A DNA stretch of 64,000 bases, from the NCBI GenBank assembly GCA_965205015.1, contig OZ242029.1, positions 4,096,001-4,160,000 of the forward strand, given 5' to 3'. Origin of the DNA: Candidatus Poribacteria bacterium. GTDB lineage: Bacteria > Poribacteria > WGA-4E > WGA-3G. Under the pieces are notes generated by a model. It did not search any database and was not told the DNA's origin. It worked only from the letters and a program-made list of their open reading frames with translations. Of the stretch, positions 9,629 through 18,780 are shown in pieces (the stretch's first letter is position 1; every line of letters begins with the position of its first letter). The position numbers and the translations under genes were made by a program.

Positions 9629-10933
9629 ATGAGAGAAAACAGACTTGACTTCACGCGACTCATTACCGTCTGCGCGCTGATCCTACTTTTTATTTTCGTG
9701 ATTGGCGCGTTGCGCGCCCGAGAGCGTTCGTTTTTCCGCATCGGTGCCAGCAAGAGTAGAAACCAAGAGGCATTTCCCGACACTGTCAAACGGCGCGATG
9801 AACTCCACAGCGATCGATGGCCCAAAGGTTTTCGACTGCTTCGGTATTGGTGGACGGGTGGCGCAGCGGTCTATATTGCCGAGATGGACCGCACGGCGAA
9901 AAATCTCCAATTCGCTGTTGAACTCGCCAACGATCAGATTTTAGGACGCGAAACCATCACGGATGCGACCAAGCGCCTCATGGCAAAAGACGTGCTGCCG
10001 CTCGCAGGTGTCAACGGCAGCTTTGGCATCCGAGAGGACAATCGCGGACGCGGTGGGATGATGTTCAATCTGCATATCCAAAACGGTGAACTGATCAGTA
10101 TCTCCACACCCCTGGATAGATGGGGATATTCGCCGCCATCCCCGTGGGGTGAGACGAGTTTCGGCGTAACACCCGATGGCGAGTTCCTCTTGGATAGGGT
10201 GAAACTCAACGGTAAACTCAAGATTGCCGGTGATACACTTCCGATTGATGCGGTCAACCAAATTTGCGATTCAGCGTGTCCTGCTGTACTCTATACATCA
10301 CGTTTTGGACGTAGAACTTTAACACGCCGATGCTACGAGTTTACACTCAGACAAATTCAACTGCCGCTGACCGGAAAATACACAAGTAGATTCGTCGTTA
10401 CGGATGTGAACCCGCGCGGCAACAGTATCATCCCGTTTGATGGTATCGTTCTTGCGGTCGAACCGCGTTTGGCACGGGACTGGACAGATAAAATCGTCAA
10501 ATCCACAGCGGGCACATTGGAAATTGCGCTCACGCCTAAAAAATGGCAACGTGTTCAGCAGGGGATTGGTGGGAATTTGCGGCTTGTCCGGGAGGGTAAG
10601 GTCGAACCTGAACTCATCGCGTTTGGCGAGTCGCGTGGGGGGAGTGCCTACCGGCATCGGAATGCCGCGTCCCGTCACCCGCGCAGTGCCCTCGGATTTA
10701 ACGATGAAAAGTTGTTCCTCATCGCTATTGACGGCAGGCAGCCGGGGTACAGTATGGGGATGACGCTCTATCAGATGGGAACGTTTTTCAGCGAACTCGG
10801 CATCAAACACGCCATCAACTTCGACGGTGGAAGCTCCTCGACCTTATGGGCACTCGGGAGGGTCGCAAACAGTCCGGCGCACGGCTACGAACGCCGTATT
10901 TTCAACGTTGCGATGATCCGCGCGAAAAAATAA
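9629..10933 (+). CDS. Phosphodiester glycosidase (NAGPA-like) family exported protein
   Basis: AGVNGSF, RHPRSALG, DGRQPGYSMGMTL, AINFDGGSSS; N-terminal TM. Confidence 0.85.
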   Translation: MRENRLDFTRLITVCALILLFIFVIGALRARERSFFRIGASKSRNQEAFPDTVKRRDELHSDRWPKGFRLLRYWWTGGAAVYIAEMDRTAKNLQFAVELANDQILGRETITDATKRLMAKDVLPLAGVNGSFGIREDNRGRGGMMFNLHIQNGELISISTPLDRWGYSPPSPWGETSFGVTPDGEFLLDRVKLNGKLKIAGDTLPIDAVNQICDSACPAVLYTSRFGRRTLTRRCYEFTLRQIQLPLTGKYTSRFVVTDVNPRGNSIIPFDGIVLAVEPRLARDWTDKIVKSTAGTLEIALTPKKWQRVQQGIGGNLRLVREGKVEPELIAFGESRGGSAYRHRNAASRHPRSALGFNDEKLFLIAIDGRQPGYSMGMTLYQMGTFFSELGIKHAINFDGGSSSTLWALGRVANSPAHGYERRIFNVAMIRAKK

Positions 10934-10938
10934 GCACA

Positions 10939-11331
10939 ATGCAATCTAAATATTTCCTACTTCCTATCCTGTTCATACTCGCGTGTTCAAACAGGAACAC
11001 ACCGCAAGCCGTCAGCGAAGATTTTATCTATAACTACTATCAGCGTGCCGACCAAGCGGCAGCGTTACAACTCAGCCATGGGCTCGCCGCAGAAAAATTG
11101 GAAGACGAAATCGCTCGTGTGCGTGAAGTCCGGTCTCCGGGGCAACAGATGGAGGAGATGCCGAAGATTGAATACGAAGCAATTGGAAAAGAAGAGGAAC
11201 CAACACACGTCCTATTCAACTATAAGCTCACTATCACAACACGAGGCACAATAACCTACACCCGGAACGTCATTATCAATACCGAACAGATTGATGGACG
11301 CTGGAAAGTCGTCAACTTCGACGAATATTAA
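10939..11331 (+). CDS. Hypothetical lipoprotein (NTF2-like C-terminus); start reassigned to ATG 10939
   Basis: MQSKYFLLPILFILAC lipobox; starts 5 nt after the upstream stop; ends DGRWKVV. Confidence 0.65.
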   Translation: MQSKYFLLPILFILACSNRNTPQAVSEDFIYNYYQRADQAAALQLSHGLAAEKLEDEIARVREVRSPGQQMEEMPKIEYEAIGKEEEPTHVLFNYKLTITTRGTITYTRNVIINTEQIDGRWKVVNFDEY

Positions 11332-11382
11332 GGAAGTTGTGCGTAGACATGCGATCATTGGGCTTTGTCGAGATCGTTATCC

Positions 11383-11411
11383 TTGAAAAATTATATCCAT
11401 TTGGTTATAAT
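11383..11411 (+). promoter_or_regulatory. Sigma70 promoter with overlapping imperfect palindrome (possible antitoxin operator); leaderless transcript predicted
   Basis: TTGAAA-N17-TATAAT ending 5 nt before ATG 11417; ttatatcca-t-ttggttataa overlaps the spacer and -10. Confidence 0.65.
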
Positions 11412-11416
11412 ATATT

Positions 11417-11791
11417 ATGGATCATGATAGGATGAACTTAAGAGAAGCTATATGGATAGGGGATTCTAAGACGAGACTGAAGGAATTTCCGCAGCCCATC
11501 CAAAAAGATATTGGCGACGCTTTATTTGTTGCCCAGGCTGGAAGTATGTCTCCAATGGCGAAACCATTTAAAGGCGTTGGCTCAGGGGTTTTTGAGATAC
11601 GATCGGATTATCGGACTGATACTTATCGCGCCGTATATGCGGTGAAGATTGGAGAGCGAGTTTACGTGCTGCATTGTTTTCAAAAGAAATCGAAGCGCGG
11701 AATTAAAACCCCCAAAAAAGAAGTAGACCTTATCAAGAGACGCCTCAGAATGGCGCAAGAACTGGAGGAAAATTATGAGCAAGCAGATTAA
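11417..11791 (+). CDS. higB: Type II TA toxin, RelE/ParE superfamily (HigB/Gp49-like)
   Basis: GVFEIR...TYRAVY...VYVLHCFQKKS...KTPKKEVDLIKRRL; toxin precedes antitoxin. Confidence 0.85.
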   Translation: MDHDRMNLREAIWIGDSKTRLKEFPQPIQKDIGDALFVAQAGSMSPMAKPFKGVGSGVFEIRSDYRTDTYRAVYAVKIGERVYVLHCFQKKSKRGIKTPKKEVDLIKRRLRMAQELEENYEQAD

Positions 11792-12098
11792 ATTTGAAAA
11801 GAGTTCAGGCAATGTCTTTAAGGATTTAGACCTGCCAGACGCGGAGGAACTATTTCTTAAAGCGAAGCTTGGGTTTGAAGTGTTTCAAATTATAGAAGAT
11901 CGCAAGTTAACTCAAGTTGAAGCGGCAAAGATTTTAGGTGTGAAGCAGCCCGAGATCTCCAGACTAAAGCAAGGAAGGTTTAATCATTATAGTGTAGAAC
12001 GACTGTTAGCGTTTCTGAACCAATTGAATCGCGATATTGAAATCCGCATTATTCCCTCAGAGGATAGAAAGGGACAACAACGAGTTGTCGCCGTTTAG
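11775..12098 (+). CDS. higA: Type II TA antitoxin, XRE HTH (HigA-like)
   Basis: SSGNVFKDL, LTQVEAAKILGVKQPEISRL HTH, YSVERLL; overlaps the toxin 3' end. Confidence 0.85.
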   Translation: MSKQIKFEKSSGNVFKDLDLPDAEELFLKAKLGFEVFQIIEDRKLTQVEAAKILGVKQPEISRLKQGRFNHYSVERLLAFLNQLNRDIEIRIIPSEDRKGQQRVVAV

Positions 12099-12159
12099 TT
12101 ACAGAAATGGACATCAATCCTCAGACTCGCCGCATCGAACCGCAAGGAAAATTAAAAAA

Positions 12160-13257
12160 ATGAAAACTGGAAAAGTTGCTGTTTTCACAGAAGCGCAAAC
12201 ACCCATGGAATTCCGGGAATACCCGATCCCATCCGTTACACCCGATGATCTGCTCGTCCGAATCCGTATGGCGAACATCTGCGGCTCCGACCTACATTTT
12301 TGGCGCGGACATGGACCGAAAATCGAGAGCGGTATCCCCCAAGTGCTCGGACACGAAATGATCGGCACGATCGAAGCCATGGGACGCAATATCACAACGG
12401 ATAGCATGGGACAACCCCTAACCGAAGGCGATCGCATCGCCTATTCCTACTTCAAACCGTGTCAACGCTGTTGGATGTGTCTCAACGGAAAACCCGGATG
12501 TCCGAACCGCTATCGAGATTGGCTCGGTGTCTCCAGTGAGCAATCGCCTCACTTTCACGGTGCTTACGGCGAGTACTACTACATGAAACCCGGACATTGG
12601 GTGTTCAAGGTCCCTGATGCACTCTCGGACGCACTCGTATCCCCCATCAACTGCGCCTTGTCTGAAGTCATTTACGGGCTCAACCAGATCGGCATCACAC
12701 TCGGTGATACCGTGGTCATCCAAGGTGCGGGTGGACTCGGACTCTACGCCACCGCAGTCGCAAAGGAGATGGGTGCGGGAAAAATCATCGTTTTTGATCG
12801 GCTCCCTGCACGCCTTGCACTCGCGCAGGAGTTTGGCGCCGATGAGACGCTCAACGTCGACGAAATTGACATGAAATCACGTGTCGAATACGTCCTCGAC
12901 CAGACACGCGGCATCGGTGCAGACCTTGTCGCCGAGTTTGTCGGATCCCCGCGCGTCCTCGCCGAAGGCGTGGAGATGCTCCGGTGGGGTGGACGTTACC
13001 TCTGGATCGGCAACATCAATCTCGGATTCCCCACAGAGATCGATCCCGGCAACATCGTCCGCTGCAGTAAAGCGATTCGCGGCGTGATCGTCTACGAACC
13101 GTGGGTCATCCCGCGTGCCCTCGATTTCCTCAGCCGAACACGAGACAGGTATCCGTTCCACAAAATCATCTCCGATACCTTCTCGTTCAGCGACATCAAC
13201 GAAGCGTTCTCTTACGCCGATAGCGGCGAGGCAATCCGAGTCGGATTGGAATTTTGA
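12160..13257 (+). CDS. Zinc-binding MDR-family alcohol dehydrogenase (start reassigned to 12160)
   Basis: ICGSD, LGHE, CxxCxxC structural Zn site, GAGGLG Rossmann motif. Confidence 0.9.
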   Translation: MKTGKVAVFTEAQTPMEFREYPIPSVTPDDLLVRIRMANICGSDLHFWRGHGPKIESGIPQVLGHEMIGTIEAMGRNITTDSMGQPLTEGDRIAYSYFKPCQRCWMCLNGKPGCPNRYRDWLGVSSEQSPHFHGAYGEYYYMKPGHWVFKVPDALSDALVSPINCALSEVIYGLNQIGITLGDTVVIQGAGGLGLYATAVAKEMGAGKIIVFDRLPARLALAQEFGADETLNVDEIDMKSRVEYVLDQTRGIGADLVAEFVGSPRVLAEGVEMLRWGGRYLWIGNINLGFPTEIDPGNIVRCSKAIRGVIVYEPWVIPRALDFLSRTRDRYPFHKIISDTFSFSDINEAFSYADSGEAIRVGLEF

Positions 13258-13271
13258 CGCGGAGTTAAAAG

Positions 13272-13595
13272 ATGCGTAACTACAGAAAATTCAAAGACTA
13301 TCATATCCAGCAGCTGCGCGATCCAGAGGACGCAAAAATATACCTTTCCGTCGCTCTTGAGGATTACGAAAAAAATGAGGATATAGATGCGTTTTTACTT
13401 GCAGTCAGAGATGTAGCAGAGGCACAAGGCGGTATATCTAAGTTAGCCGAACGTCTCAGCCTTACCGATGATGGACTCAACAAAGTTCTATCCGAAAATG
13501 GAAATCCGCAACTCAACACGATACGCAAAATACTGCACGAGTTAGGGTTTAAATTTTCGATAGAAGCACGAGAGAATCGACCATACGCAGTATGA
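13272..13595 (+). CDS. Putative addiction-module antidote protein (HI1420-like HTH), no adjacent toxin
   Basis: YLSVALED...FLLAVRDVAEAQGGISKLAE...LSENGNPQLNTIRKILHELG; GGAG SD. Confidence 0.8.
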   Translation: MRNYRKFKDYHIQQLRDPEDAKIYLSVALEDYEKNEDIDAFLLAVRDVAEAQGGISKLAERLSLTDDGLNKVLSENGNPQLNTIRKILHELGFKFSIEARENRPYAV

Positions 13596-14734
13596 ACTAT
13601 CCTCCTAAAACCGCTTCTTCTGTCTATATTCACATCCCATTTTGCGCGACGAAATGCTACTACTGTGCTTTCAATACCTATACCTTTCACAAAGAGGAGG
13701 CGAAAGCATACCTAACCGCACTCCGCACAGAAATGGAACTCTATGCCGCTGAAACCGAGCCTCTACAAACGGTTTTCATTGGCGGTGGCACGCCTTCCAT
13801 CCTCTCTGCGGACGCTTTGGCACGGTTATTTACGGATATACATCAGCATTTCCAACTAACGCCAAACGCGGAGATCACCGTAGAATGTAATCCGGGGACC
13901 GTTGATAGTGAGAAGTTACGTGTAATGCGAGATAACGGTGTGAATCGGCTCAGCTTCGGTTTGCAAGCCATGCAAGACGAGACCTTGAAACAGTTAGGCA
14001 GGATCCACACCGTCGCTGAATTCTTGCAGAGTTATCGCCTCGCGCGCGAAGGCGGTTTTGAGAACATCAACATCGACCTGATTTTCGCACTTCCCGACCA
14101 AACGCTGGCAGCGTGGCAGCACACCCTCAACAAAGTGATCTCCCTTGAACCCGACCACATTTCAGCCTATAATCTCGTTATGGAGGAGGCGACCCCCTTC
14201 TATGAAGGGTGGCAAGCCGGTGAACTCCACCTCCCGACCGAGGACACGGAAGCCGATATGTTCCAATACACCATTGATACACTCACCACGCACGGGTATA
14301 CACATTATGAAATCTGTAACTTTACCAAGCCGAACCACTTTGCGAGACACAATCTCGTCTACTGGAACAACCAGCCGTGTATCGGGCTCGGCGCAGGCGC
14401 GTGTGGGTATATCAACGGCGTTCGTTACACCAACATTCGGGGTATCGCGCCCTATATTCGCGAACTCTCCCAACGTCATAAACCGATCGCCGATACCGAA
14501 CGCATGACGGGACACGCTGAAAAGTCGGAAACGCTCATGCTCGCACTTCGGAAGCGCGAAGGCATTTCTCTTGACGTTTATAAAGACCGGTTCGGTGAAG
14601 ATATCGAAGTCGCCTTTGGAAGCATCCTCAAAAAATGGTTAGACATGGAATTGCTGGAACGCACAGCCACACATCTCCGCCTCACACCTCGCGGTCTCTT
14701 CCTCGCAAACGAAGTCTTCGTCGAATTGATGTGA
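13592..14734 (+). CDS. hemW: Radical SAM heme chaperone HemW (HemN-like)
   Basis: YIHIPFCATKCYYCAF, GGGTPS, HYEICNF, HNLVYW. Confidence 0.9.
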   Translation: MNYPPKTASSVYIHIPFCATKCYYCAFNTYTFHKEEAKAYLTALRTEMELYAAETEPLQTVFIGGGTPSILSADALARLFTDIHQHFQLTPNAEITVECNPGTVDSEKLRVMRDNGVNRLSFGLQAMQDETLKQLGRIHTVAEFLQSYRLAREGGFENINIDLIFALPDQTLAAWQHTLNKVISLEPDHISAYNLVMEEATPFYEGWQAGELHLPTEDTEADMFQYTIDTLTTHGYTHYEICNFTKPNHFARHNLVYWNNQPCIGLGAGACGYINGVRYTNIRGIAPYIRELSQRHKPIADTERMTGHAEKSETLMLALRKREGISLDVYKDRFGEDIEVAFGSILKKWLDMELLERTATHLRLTPRGLFLANEVFVELM

Positions 14735-14922
14735 GGTTTTTCGACACGACAGGCGGATCACAATCTGACAGATCGTACTGCGATTCTCCTTTTTGCTTTT
14801 TTAATTGGCTTTATATCCTGGACATGCTATCCTATATAGGCTTCACATAGCAGGGTTTATACCAAATTAACCCGATTTGTATTGTCTTTTCCTCAAGGAA
14901 TAGCCCACGAAGTGGAGGCGGT

Positions 14923-15186
14923 GTGCAAATGGCTGATCAAGATTTTCGGGAAAGAGTCCTTAAATCCTTGGCACGGATTGAGGCACAATCTAGAGAAAAT
15001 AATGCACGTTTGGAAAAACGTCTTGATTCTTTGGATACCCGCGTAGGCTCTTTGGAGCGTGATGTTGGGTGGATTAAAGGAAAACTGGAAGGAAAGCAAG
15101 AGGGCACGAGTAAAGTGTTGACTGTCCTTACTGTATGTACCGCTGTAGGTGCCGCGATTATAGCTCTTATTGCCTTGCTAACCTAA
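14923..15186 (+). CDS. Small coiled-coil protein with C-terminal transmembrane helix (XhlA/DUF1640-like)
   Basis: GGAGG SD at 14914; heptad pattern followed by VLTVLTVCTAVGAAIIALIALLT. Confidence 0.65.
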   Translation: MQMADQDFRERVLKSLARIEAQSRENNARLEKRLDSLDTRVGSLERDVGWIKGKLEGKQEGTSKVLTVLTVCTAVGAAIIALIALLT

Positions 15187-15208
15187 TATCCGCGATTTGG
15201 ATTTCCGA

Positions 15209-15236
15209 TTGCCTTATTCCCTAAATCTACTATCAT
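15209..15236 (+). promoter_or_regulatory. Putative sigma70 promoter giving a leaderless RM transcript
   Basis: TTGCCT-N16-TATCAT ending 6 nt before ATG 15243; no SD. Confidence 0.4.
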
Positions 15237-15242
15237 ACCTCC

Positions 15243-18200
15243 ATGCCGAACCTCAATCTCAAACCCAATCACAAAGCAGTCCGTGATTACTACGCCACAC
15301 TGCAGGAATACGATAAACACGACATCAGACACGAAGGCGCGGTCAGCTCACCTTTTGAAACCCTCCTGCACGCCTGTGCAAAACAAGTGAACGCTACGCT
15401 TGTTCCACAATACACCCTGCGTGTCCCACAAGGAAACCGCATCGTTATCGACGGCGCAATACTCGACGAATACGGACTCCCTCTCGCCTATTGGGAAGCG
15501 AAAGATATAGATGACAATCTCTCAAGGTCCGTACAGGAGAAACGCGAGGCAGGCTACCCGCTTGATAATATCCTTTTCCAAACTCCACAACGCGCTATCC
15601 TGTATCAGAACGGAGTAGAGGTGCTTGATTTCGATATCACCGAACCAGCAGACTTGATTGCCGCACTCCAACATCTATTCTCTTACGTGCCACCCGCACT
15701 CGACAACTGGCAGACAGCCGTCGCTGATTTTAGAGAACATGTTTCAGACCTCTCGGTCGAACTCAAAGAACGTATCGAGCAACGCTACGAAACCGATCCA
15801 GCCTTCAAAAAATCGTTCTTCGATTTCTACGAAACCTGCCGCACTTCCATAAACCCTGAACTTTCACAGGATGCCGTCGAAGAGATGCTCATCCAACATA
15901 TTCTCACTGAGCGGATCTTCCGCACCGTCTTCGAGCGATCGGATTTCACCCGTCGAAACGTCATCGCACGCGAGATTGAAAACGTCAGCGACGTGCTGAT
16001 GCGGGAGTACATAAGCCGCGACGCATTCTTGGGACGACTGAACCCGTTCTATATCGCAATTGAGCAGGCAGCGACACTCTGCAAAGACTTCTCCCAAAAA
16101 CAGCACTTTCTCAACACGTTCTACGAGAAATTCTTTCAAGGATTCTCTGAGGACGTAGCAGACACGCACGGCATCGTCTACACACCACAACCGATCGTTG
16201 ATTTCATGGTGAACAGTGTGGAACATATCTTGAAAACCGAGTTTGGTCGGTCGTTGTCGGATAGGGGAGTACATATCATCGATCCGTTCGTCGGGACGGG
16301 GAACTTTATCGTCCGACTCATGCGGGACATCCAAGGCACGGCGTTGGAAGAGAAATACCGTCAGGAACTCTACTGCAACGAGGTGATGCTCCTGCCTTAC
16401 TACATCGCCAGCCTGAACATTGAGCAGGAGTACTACCGACGCACAGGCACATATCTACCGTTTGAAGGGATCGCCCTTGCGGATACGTTTGAGTTGCTTG
16501 AGCAGCAACAGACAGAATTCTTCACGCAGGAAAACACAGAACGGGTGAAAAAACAGAAGGCAGCGGATATGTTCGTTGTAATCGGCAACCCACCTTACAA
16601 TACAAAGCAAATTGATGAAAATGATAATAATAGGAATCGAACGTATGAGACGATGGATACACTTCTGCAAGAAACGTATTCCCAAGCTTCAAAGGCAACG
16701 AATAAAAGACCCCTCTCGGATCCGTATGTGAAGGCAATCTTGTGGGCGTCAAAACGGATTGGAGAGGAAGGCATCGTTGCGTTTGTGACAAACAACGGCT
16801 TCCTCGATGGTATCGCGTTTGACGGGATGCGGAAACATCTCGCACAGGATTTCGACGCGATTTACATTCTGGATCTTGGTGGGAACGTCCGTAAGAACCC
16901 GAAGTTGTCAGGGACAACGCATAACGTCTTCGGAATTCGGGTCGGGGTGAGTATCAATCTTTTCATCAAAAGAAATACGGTAATAACAGATCAGAAACCC
17001 ACTGAAATCTTCTATGCAAGTGTCGACGAATTTTGGCAGAAAGAGGAGAAATATAACTATCTCGATTCAAAGGGACATTACCAAAATATTGAATGGCAGC
17101 AGATAACACCTGATAATCGACATGCCTGGCTCACTGAAGGTCTTGACCCCGAATTTGATACCTTTCTTCCTATGGGAACGAAGGAAGCGAAGGCACAAAA
17201 AAGTGCCGCGGTGGATGTAATTTTCAAAACATATAGTAACGGAGTTAAGACCAATCGTGATGCGTGGACTTACAATTTCAACGCAAATACCCTTGCTCAG
17301 AACGTTCAGAAGATGATGAATTTCTACAATGCACAGGTTCTGAAGTGGCTTGTCACACCAGAGAAGTCGATTGTGAAAATTGATAACTTCGTATCGTATG
17401 ACGACACGAGAATCAGTTGGAGTCGGGACTTAAAGGCAAAATTGAAACGAGGGACAATTACCGAATATACAGAGCACAAGGTAAGGACATCATTCTACCG
17501 TCCGTTTACGAAATCAAATCTCTACTTTGACCGGACGATGAATGATGTTGTATATGTGTTTCCATCCATCTTCCCAACTTTGGAGACAGAAGTCGAAAAT
17601 CGAGTAATCTGCGCCAGTGGTATTGGAAGTAATAATCCTTTTCATTTGTTGATGGTTGATGTAATTCCGTATCTCCATGTTACAAACAATGGTCAATGTT
17701 TTCCCTTCTACACCTACGACGAAGATGGCTCAAACCGACGAGAGAACATCACCGATTGGGCGTTATCGGAATTCCGAACGCATTACGGCGACGACACCAT
17801 CACCAAGTGGGACATCTTCCACTACACCTACGGACTCTTACACCATCCCACCTATCGCGAGAAATACGGAAGGAACCTCAAACGCGATCTACCGCACATC
17901 CCCTTCACCGAAGATTTTTGGGGGTTCGCCAACGCAGGGGCACAGTTAGCAGATCTCCACATTAACTACGAATCCGTACCAAAATATGATCAACTGAGAA
18001 ATGTCGAAACGCCGGGGCTACCGATAGATTGGCGCGTCGAAAAAATGCGATTGTCGAAAGATAAGACGCAGCTGAAATACAACGACTTCCTGACGCTGGA
18101 CGCTATCCCGCCAGCGGTCTACGACTATAAACTCGGCAATCGTTCCGCGTTGGAGTGGATCATCGATCAATATCGCGTCAAGACGGACAAACGGAGCGGT

Positions 18201-18317
18201 ATCGTCAACGACCCGAATCGAACCGATGAGCCGCGGTATATTGTAGATCTGATTGGCAGCGTCATCACCGTCAGTTTGAAGACGGTAGAGATTGTCAACA
18301 ATTTGCCATCTTTGTAA
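15243..18317 (+). CDS. Single-chain restriction-modification enzyme (type ISP-like/IIG): nuclease-like N-terminus, N6-adenine MTase, TRD; no helicase
   Basis: IDG...WEAKD (PD-(D/E)xK-like), GIVYTPQPIVDFM, DPFVGTGNF, GNPPY, GVKTNRDAW, YRPF, RSALEWIIDQY. Confidence 0.85.
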   Translation: MPNLNLKPNHKAVRDYYATLQEYDKHDIRHEGAVSSPFETLLHACAKQVNATLVPQYTLRVPQGNRIVIDGAILDEYGLPLAYWEAKDIDDNLSRSVQEKREAGYPLDNILFQTPQRAILYQNGVEVLDFDITEPADLIAALQHLFSYVPPALDNWQTAVADFREHVSDLSVELKERIEQRYETDPAFKKSFFDFYETCRTSINPELSQDAVEEMLIQHILTERIFRTVFERSDFTRRNVIAREIENVSDVLMREYISRDAFLGRLNPFYIAIEQAATLCKDFSQKQHFLNTFYEKFFQGFSEDVADTHGIVYTPQPIVDFMVNSVEHILKTEFGRSLSDRGVHIIDPFVGTGNFIVRLMRDIQGTALEEKYRQELYCNEVMLLPYYIASLNIEQEYYRRTGTYLPFEGIALADTFELLEQQQTEFFTQENTERVKKQKAADMFVVIGNPPYNTKQIDENDNNRNRTYETMDTLLQETYSQASKATNKRPLSDPYVKAILWASKRIGEEGIVAFVTNNGFLDGIAFDGMRKHLAQDFDAIYILDLGGNVRKNPKLSGTTHNVFGIRVGVSINLFIKRNTVITDQKPTEIFYASVDEFWQKEEKYNYLDSKGHYQNIEWQQITPDNRHAWLTEGLDPEFDTFLPMGTKEAKAQKSAAVDVIFKTYSNGVKTNRDAWTYNFNANTLAQNVQKMMNFYNAQVLKWLVTPEKSIVKIDNFVSYDDTRISWSRDLKAKLKRGTITEYTEHKVRTSFYRPFTKSNLYFDRTMNDVVYVFPSIFPTLETEVENRVICASGIGSNNPFHLLMVDVIPYLHVTNNGQCFPFYTYDEDGSNRRENITDWALSEFRTHYGDDTITKWDIFHYTYGLLHHPTYREKYGRNLKRDLPHIPFTEDFWGFANAGAQLADLHINYESVPKYDQLRNVETPGLPIDWRVEKMRLSKDKTQLKYNDFLTLDAIPPAVYDYKLGNRSALEWIIDQYRVKTDKRSGIVNDPNRTDEPRYIVDLIGSVITVSLKTVEIVNNLPSL

Positions 18318-18346
18318 CCCCATGCCGGTCAGGGTGGTTTTGCATA

Positions 18347-18372
18347 GTAGTAGGCACACTCCGTGTGCCGTA
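18347..18372 (+). repeat. GTAG-type REP palindrome (intergenic copy)
   Basis: gtagtaggcacactccgtgtgccgta; near-identical copy inside a CDS at 44614-44640. Confidence 0.7.
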
Positions 18373-18405
18373 ACTCCAGACCCGGTATGTTCGGTTTCCT
18401 ACCCC

Positions 18406-18450
18406 TGTCTGAATCTCGGATTTATCGGATTACGCAGATTATGCGGATTT
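18406..18450 (+). repeat. TGTCTGAATC-(GCGGATTNN)n 9-bp-period repeat
   Basis: tgtctgaatctcggatttatcggattacgcagattatgcggattt; copies at 21017(-), 39165, 46820, 51608-51708(-). Confidence 0.75.
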
Positions 18451-18478
18451 TCATAATTTTTTATATCGTTAGGTATCG

Positions 18479-18552
18479 AGCCCCGGAGGGGCGGTATCTG
18501 TGTAGAAACACGTTTTGCCCAAAAAATAAAGCCCCAGTGGGGTGCCATGTTT
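18479..18552 (+). repeat. Paired GCCCC-type REP palindromes
   Basis: agccccggaggggcggtatctgtgtagaaac...aagccccagtggggtgccatg; inverted counterpart at 20921-20989. Confidence 0.7.
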
Positions 18553-18666
18553 ATCAAAACCTCCGAGTCTAAAACCCTCTGCTTCAGCTGGGGGATACAG
18601 ACTCGCTTTTGTGGACAGGGCCACGGGGTTATCTGTGAAAATTAATGTGCTTTTGCAGGCAAATCG

Positions 18667-18675
18667 TGGTATAAT
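18667..18675 (+). promoter_or_regulatory. Extended -10 promoter upstream of tnpB
   Basis: TGgTATAAT. Confidence 0.45.
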
Positions 18676-18780
18676 GAAAGTATCGTATGAGGACCGGCAT
18701 TATCAGCGTTACGGACTTGGGAGCGTGTCGGTTCCACCCACTGAGAAGGGGTAAAAGATGCGATATGCGAGAATCCAGCA

